Source of the DNA: Bacteriovoracia bacterium
GTDB taxonomy: Bacteria > Bdellovibrionota > Bacteriovoracia > Bacteriovoracales > Bacteriovoracaceae
Direction of reading: 5' to 3'
DNA: 64,000 nt
Assembly: GCA_046570105.1 (NCBI GenBank)
Contig: JBKHVI010000006.1
Span: 1 to 64,000, forward strand
Each line of letters begins with the position of its first letter. Within the stretch, counting starts at the first letter, position 1. Of this stretch, positions 17,681 through 27,485 are shown piece by piece. The notes under the pieces are model-generated. The model was not told where the DNA came from, made no database searches, and was given only the letters and a program-made list of their open reading frames with translations. Position numbers and translations under genes: made by a program.

Positions 17681-17947
17681 TTACTTAGTAAGTGCAGCGA
17701 CTTGCTTAGTAAGACGAGAGATTTTGCGAGCTGCAGCTTTCTTTGAAAGAGCTGGAGACTTTGCAACTTTCATCAACTTTGATTGAGCTGCTTTCAAAGC
17801 ACCCAAAGCAGTTGTTTTGTCGCCAGAAACGATTGCTGTGCGAACAGCTTTAACAGCTGTACGAGCAGAAGCTTTCTTAACTTTGTTTGTCATGCGCTTG
17901 ACTTTGTCTTGACGCGCGCGTTTTTCAGATGACTTGTGGTTTGCCAC
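17681..17947 (-). CDS. rpsT: 30S ribosomal protein S20
   Basis: MANHKSSEKRARQ...KAAARKISRL. Confidence 0.95.
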   Translation of the reverse strand: MANHKSSEKRARQDKVKRMTNKVKKASARTAVKAVRTAIVSGDKTTALGALKAAQSKLMKVAKSPALSKKAAARKISRLTKQVAALTK

Positions 17948-18125
17948 GATGCACTCCTAAAAGTAGTTCGGTACTAATGTATCCGCGAAGTTATAAACGC
18001 TTTTGTGGGCCATGGCAAGAGAACCTGTGAGATGCAGTCCGCTGTTGACCTTAAGGTCTCTCTCAGGGCACATTTAAGATGTTTTTTCTTCAAAGAAATC
18101 CATGATTTAACTGCAGAGGGTCGCC

Positions 18126-18980
18126 ATGCAAAACATCCGTGTCATTGGTGTTGTGGGAGCCGGTCAAATGGGCCGCGGGATCGCACAAGTCGCTATTCAA
18201 TCAGGTTACGACGTTAAAATGTTTGATGCTTTTCAAAATGCTTTGGACGCGGGCCATGACTTTATCAAGGCCCAACTTAAGAAAGGTGTTGAGAAAGGGA
18301 AGTGGTCAGAGGCCGACGCCACTGCAGCCTTAGCGAAACTTAAAACAGTTTCAGACATGAAAGAGCTTAAAGATTGTGACTTAGTGATTGAGGCCGCCAC
18401 GGAAAATCGTGCGCTCAAATTTGATATTTTCAAAAAGCTTGATGAGACTGTTAAAGCTGGAGCTATTCTGGCTTCCAATACTTCATCCATCTCTATTACT
18501 GAGATAGCCGCGCAAACCAAACGTCCTCAGCTCGTTGCTGGCATGCATTTTATGAATCCCGTGCCGGTCATGAAATTGGTAGAAGGCATTCGTGGACTAG
18601 AAACGACAGATGAGACTTTTAATACGGTCGCCGCTGTTTCAGAGAAAATGGGCAAAACATTTGTACGTGCCAAGGATTATCCAGGTTTTGCTGTCAATCG
18701 CATCTTGATGCCGATGATTAATGAAGCCTTTTACGCTCTCTATGAAGGTGTCGCTGAAGCCAAAGATATCGATACCGCCATGAAGCTTGGAACCAATCAG
18801 CCGATGGGGCCATTTGAGCTAGCCGATTTTATCGGACTCGATACCTGTCTTGCCATTATGGATGTGTTGTTCACCGGTCTTTCAGATTCAAAGTACCGTC
18901 CCTGTCCACTGTTGAAACAGTATGTAGCAGCGGGACGCTATGGCAGAAAGAATAAAAAAGGTGTCTACATTTATGAGTAA
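18126..18980 (+). CDS. hbd: 3-hydroxybutyryl-CoA dehydrogenase
   Basis: [51 protein letters not shown]. Confidence 0.93.
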   Translation: MQNIRVIGVVGAGQMGRGIAQVAIQSGYDVKMFDAFQNALDAGHDFIKAQLKKGVEKGKWSEADATAALAKLKTVSDMKELKDCDLVIEAATENRALKFDIFKKLDETVKAGAILASNTSSISITEIAAQTKRPQLVAGMHFMNPVPVMKLVEGIRGLETTDETFNTVAAVSEKMGKTFVRAKDYPGFAVNRILMPMINEAFYALYEGVAEAKDIDTAMKLGTNQPMGPFELADFIGLDTCLAIMDVLFTGLSDSKYRPCPLLKQYVAAGRYGRKNKKGVYIYE

Positions 18981-19758
18981 ATTTCAGACTCTAGTTTATG
19001 AAGAAGACAACAAAATTGGCATTTTGACGATCAATCGCCCGGATAAACTCAATGCGCTTGATGCCACTGTGTTGAGTGAACTCAAAACTTTTTTAACTGA
19101 AGCTTCTTCTAAGAAGCTCACTGGTTTGATTATTACTGGTAGTGGCGAGAAAGCATTTATTGCGGGTGCTGATATTGCTGCCATGACGACGATGTCATCA
19201 ACTGAGGCAAGTGAGTTTGGCCGTTTGGGCCAGAACGTCACAGTACTGATGGAGTATTTACCTTTTCCAGTGATCGCTGCGGTTAATGGTTTTGCTCTTG
19301 GTGGCGGTTTTGAAATGGCCCTCGCTTGTGATTTTATCTATGCCTCACAAAATGCAGTTTTCGGTTTGCCTGAAGTGAAGCTAGGTTTGATTCCTGGTTT
19401 TGGTGGCACGCAACGCCTTTCTCGTCGCACGAATCCTGCTCTCGCCAAAGAATTAGTTTTCTCAGGCAGAAATATGAAAGCCGATGAAGCCATCGTTCGC
19501 GGCATTGTCATTCAAGTTTTCACTGACAAATCTTCGCTCATTCAAGGGGCCAAGGATTACCTCGCGATGGTGGCGAAGAATTCACCACTCTCGGTCAGCG
19601 TAGCAAAAAAAGTAGTCGACCAAGGGGCGCAAACGACTTTGGAGCAAGGTCTCACTGTTGAGGCGAGCGCTTTTTCACAATTATTCAGTTCTGCGGATAT
19701 GAAAGAAGGAACAGCGGCTTTCCTAGCGAAGCGTCCAGCTGTTTTTAAAGGAGAATAA
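18973..19758 (+). CDS. crt: Enoyl-CoA hydratase (crotonase)
   Basis: [47 protein letters not shown]; start placed at MSKF. Confidence 0.9.
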   Translation: MSKFQTLVYEEDNKIGILTINRPDKLNALDATVLSELKTFLTEASSKKLTGLIITGSGEKAFIAGADIAAMTTMSSTEASEFGRLGQNVTVLMEYLPFPVIAAVNGFALGGGFEMALACDFIYASQNAVFGLPEVKLGLIPGFGGTQRLSRRTNPALAKELVFSGRNMKADEAIVRGIVIQVFTDKSSLIQGAKDYLAMVAKNSPLSVSVAKKVVDQGAQTTLEQGLTVEASAFSQLFSSADMKEGTAAFLAKRPAVFKGE

Positions 19759-19759
19759 A

Positions 19760-20902
19760 ATGTTACTCGGTACTCAATATAAAGAAATCCAAGACATGAT
19801 GAAAAAATTCTCCGATGGAGAAGTCGGTCCGCTCGCAATGAGTATCGATCACAACGGTGAGATGCCGAAAGCTCTTATAGCTAAGCTGGGAGAAAACGGA
19901 TTCTTAGGATCATACGTTCCCGAAGAGTACGGCGGCGCAGGTCTTGATTATCAAAGTTACGCGATCTTAATTGAAGAACTTTCACGCAATTGTGCTTCTA
20001 CTGGCGTATTCGTTTCAGCACACACTTCTCTGTGTGTTTGGCCGATTCTCAATTACGGAACAGAAGCGCAGAAGAAAAAATATCTTCCAAAATTGGCAAG
20101 CGGTGAATGGATCGGCTGTTTTGCTCTCTCAGAACCTAACGCAGGATCTGATGCTGGATCACTCACCACCAGTGCTGTCGACATGGGAGATCACTGGGAA
20201 ATTAACGGCGTAAAAAATTGGATCACTAACGGCAAAGAGGCCAACGTCGCTATCGTTTTTGCTAAAACAAAAAAGACACCCGACTACAAAGGCATTTCTG
20301 CTTTCATCGTTGAAACTTCATCGCCTGGCTTCTCGATTATCAAAATCGAAGACAAGCTAGGTATTAAAGGTTCATCCACCGCGCAATTGGCGTTTGATAA
20401 AGTCAAAGTTCCCAAAGACGCATTGCTGGGTGACCCAGAGAAAGGTTTCCGTGTTGCTATGGGCACACTTGATGGTGGGCGTATTGGTATCGCTGCGCAA
20501 GCTTTGGGTATCGCCCAAGGGGCTTTCACCTACGCCGCTAAATATGTTCAACAGCGCGTGCAATTTGGTGCTCCGTTGTCGAATCTTCAAGGCATTCAAT
20601 TTATGCTCGCAGACATGAGCACAAAAATTGCTTCTTCTCGCTTGCTGATTTATCACGCCTCAGCTCTTAAAGACGCAGGGCTTCCTTATTCTAAGCAATC
20701 GGCACAGGCCAAGCTCATGGCATCAGAATCGGCCATGTGGGTCACCACTAAAGCGATTCAATTGTGCGGTGGCAATGGATACACCAAGGAATATCCTGTG
20801 GAGCGCTATTTCCGAGACGCTAAAATCACTGAAATCTATGAAGGAACGAGTGAAGTTCAGCGTATGGTGATCGCTTCTGCGGAGTTGAAAGAGCTGCAAT
20901 AA
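19760..20902 (+). CDS. Short-chain (butyryl-CoA-type) acyl-CoA dehydrogenase
   Basis: ALSEPNAGSDA, KLGIKGSST, GRIGIAAQA, RDAKITEIYEGTSE. Confidence 0.92.
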   Translation: MLLGTQYKEIQDMMKKFSDGEVGPLAMSIDHNGEMPKALIAKLGENGFLGSYVPEEYGGAGLDYQSYAILIEELSRNCASTGVFVSAHTSLCVWPILNYGTEAQKKKYLPKLASGEWIGCFALSEPNAGSDAGSLTTSAVDMGDHWEINGVKNWITNGKEANVAIVFAKTKKTPDYKGISAFIVETSSPGFSIIKIEDKLGIKGSSTAQLAFDKVKVPKDALLGDPEKGFRVAMGTLDGGRIGIAAQALGIAQGAFTYAAKYVQQRVQFGAPLSNLQGIQFMLADMSTKIASSRLLIYHASALKDAGLPYSKQSAQAKLMASESAMWVTTKAIQLCGGNGYTKEYPVERYFRDAKITEIYEGTSEVQRMVIASAELKELQ

Positions 20903-20987
20903 CCAACTGTTTCTGTTAGACGTTAAGGGGATGCTTTGATACGGTGTCCATGATTTTTATTGTATTTTTGGTGGAGTTGGAAATTCT

Positions 20988-22169
20988 ATGGCGAAAGCAA
21001 AAGCTAAGACTAAAATGAAGGCCGTGAAACCTGCAGCAAAAGCGAAAGGAAAAGTCGTGGCCACAAAAACTACTGTGAAAGCAAAAGCAAAACCAGCAGC
21101 TAAAAAAGTCGTCGCTAAGAAACCAGCGGCACCTGCTAAGAAAAGCATTTTAAAAACTGCCGGCAAACTTGCTGGTAAAGCGATGGCTGCTTTGTCGAAA
21201 GTCGACAAAGAGCGTGCCAAGAAAGAAGCCCTCAAGGCGAAGGCACTTGCTGCCAAAGAAAAAGAGCTCGCTAAGAAAGAAGCTGCCAAAGCGAAGCTTG
21301 AAGCTGCTAAAGAAAAAGAGCGCGCGAAGAAAGCGGCAGCTCTTGAGAAAGCCTCTGCTCAAAAAGAAAAAGAGCTCGCCAAGAAAGAAGCTGAAAAAGC
21401 GAAGATTCAAGCAGCGAAAGACGCTGAAAAAAATAAAAAGCTCGCAGCTAAAGATGCTGAAAAAGCAGCTAAGCTTAAGGCCAAAGAAGACGAGAAAGCC
21501 GCTAAGATGAAGGCCAAGGAAGACGCTAAGAAGCGTGCTCGTGGCGAAGAAGTCGAAGACGAAGCTCCTCGCGCTCGCGGCGGCGATGAAGATGATGATG
21601 AAGCTGACTTTAAGCGTGTGGCCGCTAAAGGTAAGGGCGGACGCAAGTTTGATGAAGAAGGCTCGCACGATCTAGAGCGTGGTTTCAAAAAATATTCAGT
21701 GAACGATCTCGAAGGCAAGATTGCTGACGAAATCGCCGAACTCCGCGAGCATTTCGCTTGGAAAGACATTCTGAGTGCCATCGCCACTCTTGAATTTTTC
21801 GTTGATCCAAAAGACGACTCATGTGTTGAGAAGGGATGTGACAACATCCGCACCACTTTGAGCTGGTGCCGTTTGCATTACCTCAAAAACTGGAAAGGCA
21901 TCCAACGCAAAAAAGAAATTTTGGCGGAAGGAAAACTTCAGGAATACATCGAAGAGTTGATCTCGAAGTATCCACCAAAGTATATCGATGCCATCACTAA
22001 CGATCTCTCTGATGATAAAGAGTTCTACAAAGTCTTGAACGAACTCAATATCACTAACGAGTTCGACTTCGAAGAAGAAGACTTCGAGGCTGACAACGAC
22101 GAAGCCGATACTGACGACATCAGTATCGAGCGCTTCAGCGGCTCAATGAGATACGAAGATACCGAGTAA
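20988..22169 (+). CDS. Lys/Ala-rich (histone H1-like) protein with a Cys/His module and an acidic tail
   Basis: KPAAKK-type N-terminus, 36-aa tandem repeat, CVEKGC-x8-CRLH, Asp/Glu-rich C-terminus; RBS GGAG; own terminator. Confidence 0.7.
   Translation: MAKAKAKTKMKAVKPAAKAKGKVVATKTTVKAKAKPAAKKVVAKKPAAPAKKSILKTAGKLAGKAMAALSKVDKERAKKEALKAKALAAKEKELAKKEAAKAKLEAAKEKERAKKAAALEKASAQKEKELAKKEAEKAKIQAAKDAEKNKKLAAKDAEKAAKLKAKEDEKAAKMKAKEDAKKRARGEEVEDEAPRARGGDEDDDEADFKRVAAKGKGGRKFDEEGSHDLERGFKKYSVNDLEGKIADEIAELREHFAWKDILSAIATLEFFVDPKDDSCVEKGCDNIRTTLSWCRLHYLKNWKGIQRKKEILAEGKLQEYIEELISKYPPKYIDAITNDLSDDKEFYKVLNELNITNEFDFEEEDFEADNDEADTDDISIERFSGSMRYEDTE
21201..21416 (+). repeat. Two 108-bp (36-aa) imperfect tandem repeats within the CDS
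   Basis: VDKERAKKEALKAKALAAKEKELAKKEAAKAKLEAA / KEKERAKKAAALEKASAQKEKELAKKEAEKAKIQAA; AAAGAAAAAGAGCTCGC at 21255 and 21363. Confidence 0.75.
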
Positions 22170-22174
22170 AAATG

Positions 22175-22203
22175 AAAAAGCCCCGAAAGGGGCTTTTTTT
22201 TTT
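22175..22203. terminator. Bidirectional intrinsic terminator
   Basis: AAAAAGCCCC-GAAA-GGGGCTTTTTTTTTT. Confidence 0.9.
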
Positions 22204-22271
22204 GAGACAAATCTTTCAATTTAACCCGCTTAGAACTCAATTCACCCGTTACCTTTGAGTTGGTTTAATTA

Positions 22272-22739
22272 CTACTCTTCTTCCGGATCAAATCCCGCTT
22301 CTTTCAAAAGACGATCGGCTTCGAGCGTGAGAGTGACGTTTTCGCGGGTGAGTTTGTAGAAGTAGGTTTTGCCTTTCCATTCAACTTCCTGCCAGTTGGG
22401 TTCCCAATCAGACCATTCGTCAGTGGCGAAGATTTCATCGAAGAAAAGTCCGGCGACATCGATCAGAGCGGCCTGAGTGATTTTGAGTTTTTCTGGAGTT
22501 GTGAATTCACTCGCGTCACAAGAGAGAAAGCAAGTTGTCGCCGACTCAACCGGCTCTTTGGGATTAAAACCGATAATGATCAGCAATTCTTCAGAGTAAA
22601 TCTGACCATAAACATCAAAAGTGCGTACTTGTGCGTCGCATTCCTTAGCGTAGGTCTGATTTAAGAGTGATTTAACGGTTTCAGACCATTCCGAGGGAAG
22701 TGGTTGACCTTCAAGTGAGCTTGATTTGCGGCCGAGCAT
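22272..22739 (-). CDS. Hypothetical protein
   Basis: 155-aa ORF with GAGG RBS filling the gap between the terminator and the thiolase; C-terminal EN..L..EAD.LL. Confidence 0.7.
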   Translation of the reverse strand: MLGRKSSSLEGQPLPSEWSETVKSLLNQTYAKECDAQVRTFDVYGQIYSEELLIIIGFNPKEPVESATTCFLSCDASEFTTPEKLKITQAALIDVAGLFFDEIFATDEWSDWEPNWQEVEWKGKTYFYKLTRENVTLTLEADRLLKEAGFDPEEE

Positions 22740-22844
22740 AAGAATTCCTCTGCGACAGGGCGAGTTTTTTACTTGGAGTCGCCGTTGGGTATTACTAGAA
22801 TAGGGGAATAGTTAAATCGCGACTCTTTTTCAAGGATTAAAGTT

Positions 22845-24008
22845 ATGGCCGTCTATTTAGTTGCTGGTGCTCGTACTGCTTTCGGAAGCTTCCTTGGAAG
22901 TTTGTCGGGTGTGTCAGCGCCGCGGTTAGGCGCTGTTGCGATTAAGGGTGCAGTAGAGAAGGCCGGACTCTCTGGTGACCGAATTGATGAAGTCTTTATG
23001 GGTAACGTCGTACAAGCAGGCGTTGGGCAAGCTCCAGCACGTCAGGCGACGATCTTTGCTGGTCTTCCTGAATCTGTTCCAGCCACCACCATCAACAAGG
23101 TCTGTGGCTCAGGTCTGCAATCAGTCATCTTGGGTGCACGCTCGATTTTGACCGGTGATAATCAAATCGTCGTTGCTGGCGGCATGGAAAATATGTCGAT
23201 GGCGCCGCATATGTTGATGGGGTCGCGTAATGGTGTGAAGTTTGGCGCTACTGAAATGAAAGATAGCATGCAGTGGGATGGCCTATGGGATGTGTACTCA
23301 AATCGTGCCATGGGAAATTGTGCAGAAGAATGTGTGAAGAAATTTGCGATGACTCGCGCAGAACAAGATGCATTCGCGATGGAGTCATTTAAGCGTGCGC
23401 AAGCTTCTCTAAAAGATGGCTCATTTAAAAATGAAATCGTTGCGGTTTCTATTCCGGGTAAGGGTGGCAACACTGATATCCTCGAAGATGAAGGCCCATT
23501 TAAAGCTAACTTTGAAAAAATGCCCGGTCTTCGTCCGGCGTTTGAAAAAGACGGCACCATCACGGCCGCCAATGCATCGACCATCAATGACGGAGCGGCC
23601 GCTCTGGTTTTAGGTGGGGATAGTTTTGCCGGGACAGCGAAATACAAAATCGTTTCGTGGGCATCTCACGCGCAGAATCCAACATGGTTCACGACTGCAC
23701 CTGTCGCTGCTATTCAAAAAGCACTCGAGAAGGCTAAACTCAAAACTGAACAAATTGATGCTTGGGAAATTAACGAAGCTTTCGCTGCTGTTACTATGGC
23801 AGCGATGCGTGAGTTGAAACTCCCTCATGAAAAAGTGAATAAACTCGGTGGTGCGGTAGCGATTGGACATCCGATTGGAGCTTCAGGCGCGCGTATTCTT
23901 TTAACACTGACTACTGCTCTGGAAAAATCGGGCGGTAAGTTTGGTTGTGCGGCGATTTGTATCGGTGGTGGTGAGGCACTTGCTGTCGTGGTGGAGAAGG
24001 TGAAGTAA
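22845..24008 (+). CDS. atoB: Acetyl-CoA acetyltransferase (thiolase)
   Basis: TINKVCGSG, NEAFA, GHPIGASG, CIGGG. Confidence 0.93.
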   Translation: MAVYLVAGARTAFGSFLGSLSGVSAPRLGAVAIKGAVEKAGLSGDRIDEVFMGNVVQAGVGQAPARQATIFAGLPESVPATTINKVCGSGLQSVILGARSILTGDNQIVVAGGMENMSMAPHMLMGSRNGVKFGATEMKDSMQWDGLWDVYSNRAMGNCAEECVKKFAMTRAEQDAFAMESFKRAQASLKDGSFKNEIVAVSIPGKGGNTDILEDEGPFKANFEKMPGLRPAFEKDGTITAANASTINDGAAALVLGGDSFAGTAKYKIVSWASHAQNPTWFTTAPVAAIQKALEKAKLKTEQIDAWEINEAFAAVTMAAMRELKLPHEKVNKLGGAVAIGHPIGASGARILLTLTTALEKSGGKFGCAAICIGGGEALAVVVEKVK

Positions 24009-25135
24009 TGGTCAATCCAACACCGGCCGCTAAACCAGCAGCAGCAGCTCCTGCCCAACAGGCCAAGTCGGGACTCAGACAAATGCGCCCGGGCGAGATT
24101 CTATTTAATGATGGCGAGAATGCTGATTCACTCTACATCATTCAAAAAGGTCAGATTCGTCTCTATAAACCCAAAGGCAAAGGGTTTATTGAGATTGCTG
24201 TTTTGCGCGCTGGTGAAGTTATCGGGGAGATGGCCTTCTTTGATGAAGATGGTTCAGGTAAAAAACGTTCAGCTTCTGGTGCCGCCATGGTTCCGACTGA
24301 GATTATTGAGATCTCGTTTGTGGCCTTTGCTAAAACCATGGCCACTTTGAATCCATGGTTCAAAACTATTATTAATACGCTGGCGAATCGTTTACGTAAG
24401 GCGAATTCAAGAATTAAAGAACTGGAAAGCAATTCAACCACTCAGTACGGTGCCAAAGTCGGCGAGTACGAGTTTATGAAGCCAGCGGAAGTGCTGAAAG
24501 TGTTGAGCACGCTTTTCTTAGTTTATAAAACCCATGGTGAAAAACACGCCAATGGCGTTTCACTTCATAAGAAGACGCTCGATCTCTATTCTAACGAAAT
24601 TTACAACATCGCAGAAGCCAAGATGGATGCTGTTTGTTTGACTTTGAAAGAGTTGGGCTGGATCGAGATTTTAGAAGATGCCGATAAACTTCCTAATCTT
24701 TATATCGCTCGTAATATCGAACTTCTTCGTTCGCTCTTTATCTTTTACAATACCGAGAAGCACCTGCCAGACGAGAAGAAACTCAAAGTTTCGCAAAACT
24801 GCACAACATTCTTAGAAAAGATTTTGCAGTACGCCCCGAAGTATCCGCCCAAAGATATTCCGAATTTGAAGCCGCAAGATGAGAACGATCGCACTCATCG
24901 CTTCACGCAATACTTCAATATCAAGCCTATCTTGGAAGAGTTTAAAGCGCGCAACGTAGCGATCAACGCAGATCACTTAGATGATGCTCGCTCTGTTCAA
25001 GTCGTGGGTGAGCGCTCGATGCAAGGTGATGAGGTCTTGGTTGAGATCGACATGGCCAAGCTTCAGCGCATGTATCCCATCATTAAATTTGTGAATTCAG
25101 TCACAAAACAGAATAGAGAGAAGGCCGGCTACTGA
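24008..25135 (+). CDS. Cyclic-nucleotide-binding (Crp/Fnr-type N-domain) protein
   Basis: GEILFNDGE.ADSLYIIQKG.I, GEMAF...RSAS; long atypical C-terminus; 1-bp overlap with the thiolase. Confidence 0.8.
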   Translation: MVNPTPAAKPAAAAPAQQAKSGLRQMRPGEILFNDGENADSLYIIQKGQIRLYKPKGKGFIEIAVLRAGEVIGEMAFFDEDGSGKKRSASGAAMVPTEIIEISFVAFAKTMATLNPWFKTIINTLANRLRKANSRIKELESNSTTQYGAKVGEYEFMKPAEVLKVLSTLFLVYKTHGEKHANGVSLHKKTLDLYSNEIYNIAEAKMDAVCLTLKELGWIEILEDADKLPNLYIARNIELLRSLFIFYNTEKHLPDEKKLKVSQNCTTFLEKILQYAPKYPPKDIPNLKPQDENDRTHRFTQYFNIKPILEEFKARNVAINADHLDDARSVQVVGERSMQGDEVLVEIDMAKLQRMYPIIKFVNSVTKQNREKAGY

Positions 25136-25136
25136 T

Positions 25137-26537
25137 TTACAGTGGCGCCGGCGTATAGAAGAGTTCAATCGTGTCGCCTGAGGCGTACTTCGCAGTACCA
25201 TTGAGTTGAATGAAATAACCTGTACGATTCAAGGCCGGAGTCGCAGGATTACCATTCACATCGACTTTAATGTTTTGATTCTCTTGGTACCCAACATAAG
25301 ACCAACCATTGGTTGAGCTCTGTGGAATATTAGATCCGCGGACGCGAACAACTATTGTTTCGACGCGAGGAGCGGTGGGGGCGACAGCATAACCGTAATA
25401 CTCCGTTGGCGTGCGCGTACGAACCACCAAACAGTCCGGATAACTGACTCGACCAGCGAAGGTCAAATCAATAAATGTACCTGTTTTAGGTTCACCTGGA
25501 GTTGGAAGGATACGTGTATCAACATTGGTGCCCTTTGAGCAACAAGTGAAATCTTGGTTCATGGTAAGTCGAGTGGCGGTACCACTAGGGGTGAGGGTGA
25601 GTTTATCGACGACGATATCGACCGGATCAATGGCATTGTCAGCGGTGCTGGTGCTGACTTGCCATTTGTTATAAGTATGGCCCACGATCTCTTGGCGAAT
25701 CGAAGAATTCACACCTGAGTAAATAGCGTACTCATCTTTACACAGATCATAACTATCTTTCGTGGCACGAGCCGATTGGTCACTCGCTTGTTCAATATTA
25801 TAAATGTCTTTCGACATATCGATATAGACTTTGCCTAAGAAGTGACCACTGCGGCAGTTGGACGTGTGGGCCACCATACTGAAGAAGCGGAATTGTTGAG
25901 CAGCCAAATTCGACTTTAGAGTAACAAAGCGTGCTCTCGCATTATCGTAGGCAGTTTGATTTACAATAGGAAAGCCATTCAAGTACGACGACGTTTCATT
26001 GTCATTACCGTTAGAAACGAGAACAACAAGCGTGTGAGCGCTGTTACGGAAAACGAGACCGCCATTAGAAATACGGTTTTGATTGATCAGAGTATAAGCG
26101 CGCTCAAAACCACGCTCGTTACTACCTTGTGGAGGACCAAAGAAAGTGGCGCTATCCGGAGGGACGACGTTGACACTGGTACTCATCGCACCAGCATTGT
26201 TAGTAATAACTGGGCGGAAGGTATCCGAGCCACCATCTGGAAGAAGGGGAGCGACCATCACGCGATAGTCAAATTCTTGTGAGAGACTTTGAATTGTCAG
26301 AGCAATTTGGTTGCGAACTGTTGGAGTCAAATAATTCGCCGACGAAGAGTTATCGACGAGATAAAGAATATCTACCGGTGGTTTCACCAAAGTGTGGTTT
26401 GAGCAGGTGAGGTTCTGAAACACTTCCACATTATTGGCGGTGTATTTTTCAGACTTAGGAGTGCTGGCGAATTCTTCCTTACTACAGCCCCACATCGTCA
26501 GGAGTGCAATAAAAAGAACAAGTGTTGGTTTCATCAT
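25137..26537 (-). CDS. Large lipoprotein with a vWA-like domain
   Basis: Start reassigned to MMKPT; lipobox-like MWGC; VDILYLVDNSSS (MIDAS DxSxS) and LVVLVSNGND. Confidence 0.6.
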   Translation of the reverse strand: MMKPTLVLFIALLTMWGCSKEEFASTPKSEKYTANNVEVFQNLTCSNHTLVKPPVDILYLVDNSSSANYLTPTVRNQIALTIQSLSQEFDYRVMVAPLLPDGGSDTFRPVITNNAGAMSTSVNVVPPDSATFFGPPQGSNERGFERAYTLINQNRISNGGLVFRNSAHTLVVLVSNGNDNETSSYLNGFPIVNQTAYDNARARFVTLKSNLAAQQFRFFSMVAHTSNCRSGHFLGKVYIDMSKDIYNIEQASDQSARATKDSYDLCKDEYAIYSGVNSSIRQEIVGHTYNKWQVSTSTADNAIDPVDIVVDKLTLTPSGTATRLTMNQDFTCCSKGTNVDTRILPTPGEPKTGTFIDLTFAGRVSYPDCLVVRTRTPTEYYGYAVAPTAPRVETIVVRVRGSNIPQSSTNGWSYVGYQENQNIKVDVNGNPATPALNRTGYFIQLNGTAKYASGDTIELFYTPAPL

Positions 26538-26568
26538 AAGGCACCTGTTTGGTTCATATCGATTAAGC

Positions 26569-26596
26569 TGATCGGTTATTGAGGGGGGAAACTTGA
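26569..26596 (-). promoter_or_regulatory. Sigma28-like promoter
   Basis: Minus strand TCAAGTTT...ACCGATCA (TCAA-N16-ACCGATCA), about 30 nt upstream of start 26537. Confidence 0.4.
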
Positions 26597-26681
26597 GATC
26601 AGGAAAAGATTGCCTCTCACCTTCACCTTCTTTTGATGGGTTACAATAAGAAACAATAGTTTCAAGCGGTTGGGAGGACAT

Positions 26682-27485
26682 ATGTCAGAGAGCTGGTACT
26701 ACGTATTAAAAGGTCAAAGAACAGGCCCGGTCGATGCGAGTGTTATTGCGTCTTTAGTGCAAGGTCAGGAACTTCGACCTGATGATTATGTTTGGAAAAA
26801 AGGTTTTGAGAACTGGCGCAAAATTAAAGATGTGCCGGAGATCACAGAACTCAAAGCAGCAGCACCTGTCCCACCGGCCCCACCTAAAATGAATGCACCT
26901 GTTGCTGTGAGTGATAGCTTTCGCTTGAGTTCATTGGATGCAGAAGACAAAGCCATCTATGTGCGCATCGGAGTTGATCGTGGCGGTTCTCCTTCTGAGT
27001 ATGGCCCTTACTCTCTCACTCTACTGAAACGTCTCTATGATGAAAATCGTATCAACGGTCGCACACAATTTTTTGTTCGCGGGCATTTACAAGAGTGGAT
27101 GTTCCTCGCAGATCTAAAAGATTTTGAAGAGGTCTTTCATGATATGCCACCTGTCATTCAAGAAACGGAACGCCGTCGCTGGGTGAGAAAACCTCTCTTG
27201 GCCCGCTTATTTGTGCAAAATAATAAAAAAGTATTCGAAGGTGTGTGCCGCGATATTTCAGTCGGTGGAATGCAAATTCTTACTGATACTTTTCCCGGTA
27301 GAGCAGGGGACAAGATTTCAATAAACGTTCATCCAGACAATTCTGAATACCACTTCACTGCTGCTGGTACAGTGGTTAGACTTCTGGAAGGAAATCAAGG
27401 GTTCTCATTTCGCTTTGATCCCTTGCAAATGGAAGCTCAGAAAGCGATAGAAAAGTATATTCAAGATGTGGATCCGACCGTCTAA
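26682..27485 (+). CDS. GYF_2 (DUF4339) x2 + PilZ domain protein
   Basis: WYY..GQRTGP...DYVWKKGFENW; second YGPYS...W repeat; PilZ motifs ERRRWVRKP (RxxxR) and DISVGG (DxSxxG); start at ATG 26682 after GGAGG. Confidence 0.85.
   Translation: MSESWYYVLKGQRTGPVDASVIASLVQGQELRPDDYVWKKGFENWRKIKDVPEITELKAAAPVPPAPPKMNAPVAVSDSFRLSSLDAEDKAIYVRIGVDRGGSPSEYGPYSLTLLKRLYDENRINGRTQFFVRGHLQEWMFLADLKDFEEVFHDMPPVIQETERRRWVRKPLLARLFVQNNKKVFEGVCRDISVGGMQILTDTFPGRAGDKISINVHPDNSEYHFTAAGTVVRLLEGNQGFSFRFDPLQMEAQKAIEKYIQDVDPTV

Noticed and set aside
20957..21856. Long antisense and alternate-frame ORFs over the Lys/Ala-rich gene
   Set aside because: They are a by-product of low-complexity AAA/GCT/GAA codons, which lack stops in other frames.
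18126..24008. Clostridial-type butyrate fermentation operon
   Set aside because: There is no etfAB or terminal CoA-transferase/kinase; the genes are more simply short-chain acyl-CoA degradation.
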